From an uncultured virus (IMG/VR IMGVR_UViG_2740892351_000003) (Duplodnaviria > Heunggongvirae > Uroviricota > Caudoviricetes): 64,000 nt of DNA. Made by a program: the position numbers and the translations under genes. The notes below the pieces were generated by a model, which was not told the DNA's origin, did no database searches, and saw only the letters and a list, made by a program, of their open reading frames with translations. How positions within the stretch are numbered: position 1 is the stretch's first letter; each line of letters starts with the position of its first letter. Shown here in pieces: positions 1 to 9,418 of the stretch. Location: IMG/VR virus record IMGVR_UViG_2740892351_000003, positions 62,001-126,000 of that record, one strand, 5' to 3'.

Positions 1-1233
1 TTTAACTGTATAAACATTTCCATTATATTTAATCAAGTCATTTGGCTGATACAATGATTTTTGCTTCCTTATTCTTCTTTGACCTTTAGATATTTTCTGA
101 CCTCTGAACATTCTAAGATTTTCAGAATTTAAATTCTTGTTTCTAGTCCTTCTTCCACAATTAAGTTCACTTGCGGAAACCTTCTCACCAGTTCTATTAT
201 CTATATATTTAGCATCATAGAATTTTTCAAGACTTCTATTATTTAATCTTGACTGTTCAACTTTAAATATTTCTAAATTTCTAACTTGATTAACACCTTT
301 AGCTATAGCAAAAGCATCATTAAAATGACTTTTTTCTATACCATGTTCAATTCTATGATTTTTAGTCAAATAACCATAAGTTGCTTTAATGTTAGTATAT
401 TTTTCTTTCAACTGTTCCAATAAGTACCATCTTATCATTGACATAAATGTAGCATCTCTAAAACCTCTGACCTTTTTACCATTTTCACACCAATCATACA
501 AAAATTTCCCCTTTTTATGATTAGGAGATGTATGACATTTATTACACAAAGTTATTAAATTACTAGGAGCATCAGAACCACCCTCACTCTTGTACTTAAT
601 ATGATGAATTTCTAATATTTGTTCTTTACTCTTATTCTTACAATTAGGATTTTGACATTTATGTCCATCTCTATGAAGTACATATTCTCTAACATTCCAG
701 AAACCCATTTGTTCTCCCTGTTGATATTCTACACCAGATATATCAGGATTCTTGATTTTTTGTATATCAAAATTAGCAACCTCTAATACTATATTTCTGA
801 TAGGCAATATAGAATTAAGATAATCTATAAATTTAAGATGGGTATTCAATTTATGTTGTAAACTTGGTGCTAACCATCCTTGTCTTATTTTTCTATTGTT
901 CCATCTAGGTTTTCTATATCTTAATCTTTGTCTCCTAATTCTTCTATACTGACTTTTTTCTAATAATCTATCTTTCATACCTTGAAGCAATTTTACTTCT
1001 CCAACTATTAATTCTTTACTATCTGTTATAGCTGAAAATCCTATATTTAAATATCCACTATCTATCCCCAATGTTATAGTTTGAATATATTCAGTATCTG
1101 TCTTATACAGTAATTGTATAATAAATGGATTAACTTTTTTAACAGTAGCTTTCTTTTGATTCAATAATTTTCTAGCCTTTGCATTAGTAGTAGGCATTAA
1201 TGGCTTTCCTTCAAAATTAATTACATATACCAT
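1..1233 (-). CDS. iscB: IscB RNA-guided endonuclease (IS200/IS605 OMEGA system); 3' end runs off the window
   Basis: Not in the ORF track. Manual translation from ATG at 1233: MVYVINFEGKPLMPTTNAKARKLL (PLMP domain), LGIDSG (RuvC-I), RRIRRQRLRYRKPRW (bridge helix), LEVANFD (RuvC-II), RDGHKCQ..EIHHI..GGSDAPSNLITLCNKCH (HNH), KSHFNDAFAIA (RuvC-III). Confidence 0.95.
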   Translation of the reverse strand, partial: MVYVINFEGKPLMPTTNAKARKLLNQKKATVKKVNPFIIQLLYKTDTEYIQTITLGIDSGYLNIGFSAITDSKELIVGEVKLLQGMKDRLLEKSQYRRIRRQRLRYRKPRWNNRKIRQGWLAPSLQHKLNTHLKFIDYLNSILPIRNIVLEVANFDIQKIKNPDISGVEYQQGEQMGFWNVREYVLHRDGHKCQNPNCKNKSKEQILEIHHIKYKSEGGSDAPSNLITLCNKCHTSPNHKKGKFLYDWCENGKKVRGFRDATFMSMIRWYLLEQLKEKYTNIKATYGYLTKNHRIEHGIEKSHFNDAFAIAKGVNQVRNLEIFKVEQSRLNNRSLEKFYDAKYIDNRTGEKVSASELNCGRRTRNKNLNSENLRMFRGQKISKGQRRIRKQKSLYQPNDLIKYNGNVYTVK

Positions 1234-1477
1234 AGTATAATCCTTTCAGATAATTTAACCTCACCTTACGGTGGTAAGCTCTCTTCGCCAATGTTATGAA
1301 AGGTTTTAAATATACCACACTTCACCTACCATCAGTGATGTTTAATGATATACCGTAGAGTTTAGGACTAGAGAAGTATCCTAAAGTACCTATATATTCT
1401 TACATAACGTAGTTAAAACTTAGGCTATTCAACTAGCTTTTGCAAGCTACTACCCTTTAGGGTAATTGGCGGTTGAC
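1234..1477 (-). ncRNA. omegaRNA (HEARO-type) scaffold of IscB
   Basis: Non-coding ~245 nt immediately 5' of iscB. Starts GTCAACCGCC..TACCCTAAAGGGTAG and contains AGCCTAAG, CTACGTT and CATTGGCGAAG motifs typical of HEARO/omegaRNA, plus several hairpins. Confidence 0.85.
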
Positions 1478-1487
1478 AAAAAGATTT

Positions 1488-2381
1488 TTATTCTCGATTA
1501 GTCTTTAAATTATGATACCTCTGATGATATGCTTTATAGATATTATTTGCATCACCTTTCAAGCATTTTAACTCTAAATATTTTTTTATTTCAGGAATAG
1601 ACCAAGATACACACTCATAAGCTTCTTGTTCATACATATCGTATATTATCCCTGATTTTTGTAAAGTCTTACCAGTCAGATGTATGTCTAAATCTGAAAA
1701 TGCTACTGATAAAGTTTTTAACCTATTTTGTATTCCATTCTTACTAATAGCCTTCATACCATTATCAGTTAATTTGGTAGGTCTAGTTTTTATTATATAT
1801 TCACAATCCATGTTAAATTTATATTCTGTTTCTTTACTACTTCCCTTTATTTCGCTTTTAGTATAATAATCTTCTACAATAACATCTTCTAATATTTCCT
1901 TCATATAATCATCACAAATAAATCTTCTGTCTGGAAGGTCTATATATGAATAATCTTTTGCTATATCTGACACTTTCAAATATCTTAATTCTATATAATC
2001 TTTTCCCATGATACCTTCAAAGAGAGCATATACTATAAATTTATCTTGAGCATTTAAAAATGCACTACATATATTTTTTATTTGGTTTCTTGTAAAATAT
2101 TTATTGGCATTAAATTTTATCATATCTGTGTATTTGTTAGTATCTATACTAATATTACAATTATTTTCTTTTAATATCTCTCTTAAAATTCTTAAATTAG
2201 TATATACAGTTGTAGTAGATTCTCCTATTAATCTTCCTTTTATAAAACTATCTATATTTTGTTCATTTAAATTACTTATTTTATCTATTTTAGCTTTAGT
2301 TATAAACTCTTCTAAGTATCCATTTATTCTGTTACGTCTTACTTCTTCCTCTCTTATTGTACTTTCTAATTTATTAACCAT
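1488..2381 (-). CDS. Tyrosine-recombinase-fold DNA-binding protein, SPbeta MrpR (YopR)-like lysogeny repressor
   Basis: N-terminal SAM-like core, then NAQDKFIVYALFEGIMGKDYIELRYLKVSDI and LTGKTLQKSG. Catalytic R and HxxR residues are absent. Family assigned from remembered motif similarity. Confidence 0.6.
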   Translation of the reverse strand: MVNKLESTIREEEVRRNRINGYLEEFITKAKIDKISNLNEQNIDSFIKGRLIGESTTTVYTNLRILREILKENNCNISIDTNKYTDMIKFNANKYFTRNQIKNICSAFLNAQDKFIVYALFEGIMGKDYIELRYLKVSDIAKDYSYIDLPDRRFICDDYMKEILEDVIVEDYYTKSEIKGSSKETEYKFNMDCEYIIKTRPTKLTDNGMKAISKNGIQNRLKTLSVAFSDLDIHLTGKTLQKSGIIYDMYEQEAYECVSWSIPEIKKYLELKCLKGDANNIYKAYHQRYHNLKTNRE

Positions 2382-2492
2382 TTTTTAATTCACTCCCTTT
2401 TTAAGCATATATAATAAATTATAGTACAACATAATCTATAAGTACATATTATTATGTTTTATTTAGCTTAATTGTTCTATAATTTTTTAATA

Positions 2493-3461
2493 TTAATTAA
2501 CATCTCCCACTTTTAATAATTTATATATTGGATTATTTTCAGTCATTTTTTTTGTATTACTCTCTTTGTCTTGATGCATATAATATTTATACATTGTCTG
2601 TATACTTTTATTACCTGTAAACTTTCCTATTTCTTCCAATTTTGTTCCTGTTTCAGACATTAATGAAACAAAACTATGTTTAAAACTATGCGGTGTTACA
2701 TGAGGCAATCCAGCTAACTTCAATGCTTTTTTTACAAGTCTTTCTATTGACCTTGTTGTTAATCTTTCATTATTTTTAGATAAGAACAAAGCATTTGTGC
2801 TATCTTTATTATCTTTTTTACCTTCGATTTGGTTTCTAAAGTATAAAAAATCTCTATACATTTTTAATACTTGTTCATTTAAACCTACATTTCTTTTTAA
2901 TTTTCTTTTCCCTATCACTTCAAAATCTCCATTCGAGAAATTTATGTCTTTTATATTCATTTTTTCTATTTCATGTATTCTCATACCAGTAAAAATAAGT
3001 ATGTTTATAATCAAATTATCTCTGCAAGTATTATAGTTTTTATTATCAACATATAATTTATTCATAGTTTCTAATAATTTAATAATTTCATCTTTAGTTA
3101 ATATCTTTTTCTCAAATTGAACTTTATCTTGTAATTTTTTAACGTAGCTAACGGGATTATCTTTAATTTTACCTTTAGCTCTAAGAAAGCCACAATAAGC
3201 TTTAAATGATGCTCTTTTTCTGTTTATTGTAGCTGCTTTCATTCCTTTTTCTTTTAATAAGATAAGCCATTTTTCTTGTATATCTGTAAAAAGTATTTTA
3301 TCAAGTTCTTCCATTGTACAATTTTCTTTTTTAAATAAATACCTTATGCCTTCTTTTACATCAGCTCTATATGCTTTTATTGTTTTCTCATCTCTATCAT
3401 TATATAACTTTAAATTTAATAAAAATTCTTCTAGAGCTTCTATTCCAGTCATATGTATCAC
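2493..3461 (-). CDS. XerC/D-like tyrosine recombinase
   Basis: SAM domain (EKTIKAYRADV, ATINRKRAS), TGMRIHE, VIGKRK, VTPHSFKHSF, TMYKYY. Confidence 0.9.
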   Translation of the reverse strand: MIHMTGIEALEEFLLNLKLYNDRDEKTIKAYRADVKEGIRYLFKKENCTMEELDKILFTDIQEKWLILLKEKGMKAATINRKRASFKAYCGFLRAKGKIKDNPVSYVKKLQDKVQFEKKILTKDEIIKLLETMNKLYVDNKNYNTCRDNLIINILIFTGMRIHEIEKMNIKDINFSNGDFEVIGKRKLKRNVGLNEQVLKMYRDFLYFRNQIEGKKDNKDSTNALFLSKNNERLTTRSIERLVKKALKLAGLPHVTPHSFKHSFVSLMSETGTKLEEIGKFTGNKSIQTMYKYYMHQDKESNTKKMTENNPIYKLLKVGDVN

Positions 3462-3618
3462 ATCCTTTTTATTTTATATTTATATCATATACCTATTTTA
3501 TTTAGTTGTCAATATTTTTAAGTAATTTTATATTTTATTTAGTTTAATTAATCTTATCAAAATATAAAAATTTTTTTGATAAGATATTAAATTAAAAACT
3601 ACGATTTTATTGTCATTT

Positions 3619-4191
3619 TTATTGACCATACTTCTTTATGTATTCTAATAATGCCATGCTCATCAAATCAGATTTATTAAACTCTCTAAATTTTTCACAA
3701 AACTCATCAAATAAGTTCCATGCATCTTTATTCAACCTAACTGTAGTCCTTATAGCATCTTTTGAAGGTAAATCAATTTTAATACCATCCTGTACAATTT
3801 CTATTACATTTGTATCTTCTTTATTCTCAAACCAGTTTAATACATCTTGTATTTTATCATAGTCTTTTGCTAAAGAGATTATATTATTTTTAAATTGGTT
3901 GTCAATTACTATGTTGTGATTGTTGTCATCTTCTATTGTCATATTAAATCTATTATCATTATTACTCTGTTGTCTGTTGTTTACTACCTTTGTCATACTA
4001 TTGTCACCAATAAACACATACTCATCATTTATACGTTTATAACCTCTTTTAGTGAGATATTTTCTTATACTACTTTCAGATACACCAAGCTCTATAGCAA
4101 CTTTAGTCAAACTCTTACTATCATTTAACTTACTATTAATATATTCAACTATATATGTTATATCATTATTTTTTAAATCATTCCAAGTCAT
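3619..4191 (-). CDS. DNA-binding protein (N-terminal HTH, C-terminal ribbon-helix-helix-like)
   Basis: SLTKVAIELGVSESSIRKYL (HTH); RTTVRLNKDAWNLFDEF..KSDLMSMALLEYI (RHH pattern). Confidence 0.7.
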   Translation of the reverse strand: MTWNDLKNNDITYIVEYINSKLNDSKSLTKVAIELGVSESSIRKYLTKRGYKRINDEYVFIGDNSMTKVVNNRQQSNNDNRFNMTIEDDNNHNIVIDNQFKNNIISLAKDYDKIQDVLNWFENKEDTNVIEIVQDGIKIDLPSKDAIRTTVRLNKDAWNLFDEFCEKFREFNKSDLMSMALLEYIKKYGQ

Positions 4192-4376
4192 ATACTCACC
4201 TCTAATTTAAGTATACTACACGAGATTATGATTGTCATACTATGTTAATCTTTTAATTCTACGTTTAATCTACATATCTTTCTAAACTATATCATTTTTT
4301 TACAATATTACATCTATTAATAAGTAAACGATAAAGTCAATATGCTGTAATTTAGTATATTGACTTTATATACTTA

Positions 4377-6731
4377 CTACAAAATTAACCCTAAAGTGCT
4401 GTTATACTTTAACTTATTACTAGATTTTAGTACCATATATCCTTCTAATTTATTTATTAATTTCAAGTAACACAATCTATTAAATATAAATCCTGACACT
4501 TGAATTGAGTCACGTTGTAAATCTATATCTTCTCGATAAAAATCTTCCTCGAGAATAATTTTACAGTTTGTATCAGTAGCTTTAAAAAGCTTAGATGCTT
4601 CGCTCTCATTATCAACAATATGTTTATAAGGTTCAAAATTAAATATTAAATCCAAACCATCGAAATCAGCTTTATACATACCAAAAATATTCTTAATTTC
4701 ATTATCACAATTTATAAAACTATCTTCAAAATATTTTTTAACTACACTATTATCATAATATTCATTCAAAATATTTTTTCTAATACTCATCGTAAAAATA
4801 GATTCTGTCTTTAATATTTTATTTAAAATAGATTTAGTTGTATTCTTAAGTTTGTCGTCATAAATTTCATCTTTACTAGGCAGAATATAAAAATTCCCAT
4901 ATTCACATTTATCATTACTATTACATTTACTCATTCTTTGTATTAAACTATCCATAGTTGCTAAATCACTTATTACTATATTAAAATCTATGTCTAATGA
5001 TATTTCTTGAGTAGATATCCAAACATCACCCTTTTCATCAAATATTTTATTATATTTTTCTTCTTTATCTTTAAATTTAAACCTATCATGCAAAACATTT
5101 ATATCTGCATCATTATATTTATTTGATAAGTTTTCTTTTAAAAGCTTATATGTGCTATTAGCTGAATCAATAGTGTTTTTTATTATTAAAATTCTCTGTT
5201 TCTTTTCTAAAGCATTTTCAACTATTGATTTGATTTCTTTTTCTTTTATAAAAGAAACCTTTACATTTTTACCTTCACAAATATCTTCTTCCTTGTTGCT
5301 CTCAATAAAAACTATCTCCCCTTTATCAGTGATATTTTCATTACATTCTTCTTGAAAAATAATTCCCTTGCTTATCATTTGCTCTTTATATGATTTTGGA
5401 AGCATAGTTGCCATTAAGTGAAAATCAACATTTAAATACTTACATGCAAACTGTATAAAATATATTAAAATTAAAAACATCTTTGGATTCAATAAATGAA
5501 CTTCATCAACAGTTATAGATGCATTTTTTACAGCTGCAAATATCTTTTCATACCCTGGAAACTTAAACATACTTAATAATAATTGGTCAATGGTTGCAAT
5601 TAAATATGGTTTACAAAGATTCAAACTCAAATCTATATCTCTTAAAGTTACTTCACAATCTTGTTCATTATAATTTTCACTATATGAATATAAATTTATA
5701 TCTCCATTAAGTAATCCAAGATAATCATTTTTAAATATATTTTTTATGTAAAAACTTTCGGATGAAAATTGATTTGGAACTAAAAATAATTTTCTTTTAA
5801 AATTCTTTCTACAATCAGCAACTTTTTTTCCTGACCCAGTAAATGCAACAGTCAGAACATTTTTTTCAGAAAATTTTCTCATCTTTTTTTGTATAGTATT
5901 GAACTCTATATTATTTTTTTCTAAATTATCATGATTATTATATATATCATTTAAAATCATTTCATCAATTTCTTTATCAGTAAAATCATTATAAAATTTT
6001 ATATCTTTATTTGTGCCTTGTGCAACATGGTCTATTAAATTCAGCATACCTTTATACAAAATATATTTAGCTCTTCTTTGATTTAAAATTGAGTCATCTA
6101 TTTGACCATTATCATAATCACTCTCTATAACCATTTTTTCACTTAATTTATCTAAATAATCATAATCCAGTACATCCTCATTAAATTTAAAATCTATATT
6201 TAAAATTTCACTTATACAATCTTCTATATCTTTCAGATTAAATGATTCTTTGTTTTCTAAAATTCCATCATCAATATACTTATAAATTTCTTCTTGTACT
6301 TTACTAGTAGTTAATTTCATATAATCTATATAATTTCCATGATGTAGCATTATGCTTTTATATATATAAAATTCATCTTCTTCTGACAAGTTCATTTTTT
6401 CTAATATTGATTTCAAAAATGCTCCAGAAAACACATTATGTTTCGCTATCTTTTCTAAAGATTTTTTTTCAAATTCTAATTTTTTGATTTCTTCTTTTAA
6501 AGAACTAGATGATATTTTATTGTTAATTTCTATTTTTTGCTGTGTGATTAAATTAATCTTTCCTAAATCGTGCAAAACACAACATATCTTTAGTATTTCT
6601 ATATCTTTACCTGAATACAAATCTATATCTAATATAGATTCTAATACTTTAAATAAATCTTTAATATGTCCGACTAGTGTTTGTTCCTTTTTATTTAAAT
6701 TACATGAACCAGCCAATAATTCTTTTTTCAT
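4377..6731 (-). CDS. cas3: Solo Cas3-like protein (HD nuclease plus degenerate SF2 helicase)
   Basis: HD domain: LVGHIKD, LHDLGK, HNVFS, LHHG, LIDH. Helicase: AFTGSGKK, TIDQLL, DEVH, MAT, LHDRF, EISLDID, QRMSKCNS. Probable start at ATG 6731. Confidence 0.9.
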   Translation of the reverse strand: MKKELLAGSCNLNKKEQTLVGHIKDLFKVLESILDIDLYSGKDIEILKICCVLHDLGKINLITQQKIEINNKISSSSLKEEIKKLEFEKKSLEKIAKHNVFSGAFLKSILEKMNLSEEDEFYIYKSIMLHHGNYIDYMKLTTSKVQEEIYKYIDDGILENKESFNLKDIEDCISEILNIDFKFNEDVLDYDYLDKLSEKMVIESDYDNGQIDDSILNQRRAKYILYKGMLNLIDHVAQGTNKDIKFYNDFTDKEIDEMILNDIYNNHDNLEKNNIEFNTIQKKMRKFSEKNVLTVAFTGSGKKVADCRKNFKRKLFLVPNQFSSESFYIKNIFKNDYLGLLNGDINLYSYSENYNEQDCEVTLRDIDLSLNLCKPYLIATIDQLLLSMFKFPGYEKIFAAVKNASITVDEVHLLNPKMFLILIYFIQFACKYLNVDFHLMATMLPKSYKEQMISKGIIFQEECNENITDKGEIVFIESNKEEDICEGKNVKVSFIKEKEIKSIVENALEKKQRILIIKNTIDSANSTYKLLKENLSNKYNDADINVLHDRFKFKDKEEKYNKIFDEKGDVWISTQEISLDIDFNIVISDLATMDSLIQRMSKCNSNDKCEYGNFYILPSKDEIYDDKLKNTTKSILNKILKTESIFTMSIRKNILNEYYDNSVVKKYFEDSFINCDNEIKNIFGMYKADFDGLDLIFNFEPYKHIVDNESEASKLFKATDTNCKIILEEDFYREDIDLQRDSIQVSGFIFNRLCYLKLINKLEGYMVLKSSNKLKYNSTLGLIL

Positions 6732-6907
6732 ATTAACCCCCAAAATACTTTAAAGTAATAATAACTATCTATGTTTATTACTTTTTATATATTAACTATC
6801 TTCATAAACTCCTTCTGTTTAAAAGTCTGCATTATTTAAATGCAGACCTGATAAAAGCATATTTTATTGTTGTTTATACTAATTAAAATATATAATTTAT
6901 ACTTTGA

Positions 6908-7429
6908 TTACTGCTTTCTTTCAAACTTAGAATATGCTCCTGATAATTTTTTTATTTCTCTTGAGTTGTATTTTCTTTGTATTTCTTTAACCCTTCTCAT
7001 ATGTTCATCCATATTAAAATCATATTCTAGTTGTTCCATAGCACATTTTTTTAAATATTTAGATGTGTTTGTATTAAGTCCAACACGTCTGAAACCTTTT
7101 ACAATATTGTTGTTAGCTTCTACTAACATTAAATCCATTGCATATCCTTCATTTTCTTCAAGTTCTTGAAATTCTTTACATTTAGATAAATGAATTGTAA
7201 ATGGTATATCTGCATCTCCTATACCCATTGTATTTGTAAATACGAAGAAAATAATTTTGTCTAAAAAAGATACATCTATTCTTAAATTACCTTTTCGAAA
7301 TTCAATTATTTCTTTGTCTGATAAATTATCTAATTTAAATATAGCTGTAAATCCAGTTTCACTAAAATTAATACTCAAGCCAACTGGTATTTCTGCTTCT
7401 AATTTCTTTCCTACTTCTATTTTAAACAT
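6908..7429 (-). CDS. hypothetical protein
   Basis: 173-aa ORF with GGAGG RBS, in the leftward operon. Confidence 0.8.
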   Translation of the reverse strand: MFKIEVGKKLEAEIPVGLSINFSETGFTAIFKLDNLSDKEIIEFRKGNLRIDVSFLDKIIFFVFTNTMGIGDADIPFTIHLSKCKEFQELEENEGYAMDLMLVEANNNIVKGFRRVGLNTNTSKYLKKCAMEQLEYDFNMDEHMRRVKEIQRKYNSREIKKLSGAYSKFERKQ

Positions 7430-7558
7430 ATATATTTATTCCTCCAATTTTTCATATTGTACATTATAAGTATAGCTTGTCTTATAACATTTTTCATCAT
7501 TTAATTTTCTTTTGATACTTCTCTTATTATTTTATTGCGATTTAATACACAAGTTAAA

Positions 7559-8107
7559 TCAATTATTATTAAGCAAATTATTATTAAGCAAATTATTAAA
7601 AAGAATAATATCATGATAATAATAATTTTCTATACTTCTTTCAACTATTACTTGCAATTCTTGTTTACGATTTTCAATATTCTTTTTTATTTCTTCTGAA
7701 AAATCTGACAAACTATCTTCTAGATTTCTTTCAATTAATTCGTCAAAGCTGTCTTTGTTGAATTTTTTATAACTTTCCCAATCCAAATCTTCATTTTTAA
7801 TTTTACACCATTTTTCAAATTCTTCATAATCATTTAAGTAACAAGGTTCTCCTAGTAATTCATTAACACTTATTTTTTCTTTGTTTAATTCACAAATAAA
7901 AATTTCTCTTTCATAAATATCTTCTACATATTTAAGCGAGTTATGAACTGATATAGCTTCAACTTTACCTTCTAAATTTATATATATTCTTATAGTATTA
8001 TCTTCTGCTAAAAAACTTTCCTTATAAACTTTTATAGCTTCTTCTTCTATTTTATCTATATTCTTATCTATTATTTTTAAAAATCTTTTTATTTTTTTAT
8101 AATTCAT
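7559..8107 (-). CDS. hypothetical acidic protein
   Basis: 182-aa ORF with AGGAGG RBS. Confidence 0.8.
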   Translation of the reverse strand: MNYKKIKRFLKIIDKNIDKIEEEAIKVYKESFLAEDNTIRIYINLEGKVEAISVHNSLKYVEDIYEREIFICELNKEKISVNELLGEPCYLNDYEEFEKWCKIKNEDLDWESYKKFNKDSFDELIERNLEDSLSDFSEEIKKNIENRKQELQVIVERSIENYYYHDIILFNNLLNNNLLNNN

Positions 8108-8167
8108 CTTAATTCCTCCTATTTTTAAATTCTATTTTATAGTTTTTGAAAATAAATTTAATTACAC

Positions 8168-8500
8168 CTAGTATTCTATTTCTACTAATTTATTTTTATC
8201 CTTTAGATACTGCTCAATACCTTCTTCAACTTTACCTCTAAGTTCTGATAATTCGTCACAAAATTGTTCACATTCACTAAGCTGCTCTAAGTCTAAAATT
8301 TCATCATACTCTCTTGTAAAAATTTTATGGTTATATGGTATATATATAGTATATTCTATATATCCTTTAAATCTAAAATCTTGACTCATTTTCATATCTA
8401 CCTTTAAATCATTAACTTTAATTGTGCAATTTTCTATATTTTCTATTTTAAATCTAAAATCAGGTATATAATGCCACTCTTCTTTAAAATATTTTTGCAT
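8168..8500 (-). CDS. hypothetical protein
   Basis: 110-aa ORF with GAGGTG RBS. Confidence 0.8.
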   Translation of the reverse strand: MQKYFKEEWHYIPDFRFKIENIENCTIKVNDLKVDMKMSQDFRFKGYIEYTIYIPYNHKIFTREYDEILDLEQLSECEQFCDELSELRGKVEEGIEQYLKDKNKLVEIEY

Positions 8501-8514
8501 ATCAATTCACCTCT

Positions 8515-8832
8515 TTATAATTTCTCTATATTTATTATTTTTATTATAGAACTACAAACATCTTCCTCGTTTTTTTCTACCACTTCAAATTCAATATTTA
8601 TGTCTAAGTCATAATCTTCGCCTAATCCGCAATATGTATAGCTTCCTACATTTAAATATTCGTTTATATCTCCAGATGTAAAAAAGTCCCAACTACTTGT
8701 TCTTTCTACTGCTCTAGCATATAATTCTTGTATTTCATTGTCAAATTCTATTATATTAAACTCTTGCCCTTTTAAATTTTCCATTTCTTCTAAAAATTCT
8801 ATTATTTTATTTTCCATTTTAGCCATCTCCAT
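8515..8832 (-). CDS. hypothetical acidic protein
   Basis: ~105-aa ORF, tightly packed in the operon. Confidence 0.75.
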   Translation of the reverse strand: MEMAKMENKIIEFLEEMENLKGQEFNIIEFDNEIQELYARAVERTSSWDFFTSGDINEYLNVGSYTYCGLGEDYDLDINIEFEVVEKNEEDVCSSIIKIINIEKL

Positions 8833-8835
8833 TTT

Positions 8836-9342
8836 TTAATTATTTTTATATATAAAAGTTCTTTCGCTCTTTTCAATTTCTGTAAGATACTCTAAAAATT
8901 CTTTAATTTCCTGCTTGTTTATGCCTGTTAATTCGTGTCTAATTTCACATTTTTCAACACGTGTAGAATATTTCCCTTCTAATTTATAAAATTTAGGTCT
9001 TACATTAGCTATAAGGTCACTTTCTACATTTTTGCTACACAAGCTATTTACATATATTAAAATGTTTTCTATATTTTCTATGTCTACTTTGTCGCTTTTT
9101 GAATAATAAAAATTAAATCTCAATCTTATTCCTATTTTACTGTTAATTTCACCATGACCCCATGTTTCAATTTTTAAACTCTTTCCAGCTGTTTCTTTAA
9201 CGCATCCTACGTGACAGTTAGCACAATCTTTAAGACTTATATCAAATATATCATTGTTAATTTTATTAATCTCTTTTTCTATCATTTTAACATTCTCTTT
9301 ATTAACTTTTAAATCTAATATTGTACTAAAATCTATATTCAT
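8836..9342 (-). CDS. hypothetical protein
   Basis: 168-aa ORF with GGAGG RBS and a CxxC motif. Confidence 0.75.
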   Translation of the reverse strand: MNIDFSTILDLKVNKENVKMIEKEINKINNDIFDISLKDCANCHVGCVKETAGKSLKIETWGHGEINSKIGIRLRFNFYYSKSDKVDIENIENILIYVNSLCSKNVESDLIANVRPKFYKLEGKYSTRVEKCEIRHELTGINKQEIKEFLEYLTEIEKSERTFIYKNN

Positions 9343-9418
9343 GTTTTAAACCTCCAATTATTTTTTATTTTAATTATAATATCTGTTGGTGAACTATATT
9401 TGTACCAATCCAAAATTT

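Noticed and set aside
4200..6900. CRISPR array next to cas3 (TTTTATATATTAACTAT at ~6783 resembles the start of a clostridial I-B repeat)
   Set aside because: Single partial AT-rich match with no regularly spaced repeats; I found no array anywhere in the window.
7559..7600. Short tandem repeat ATTATTAAGCAAATT x2
   Set aside because: Local slippage duplication at the end of a gene; no sign of function.
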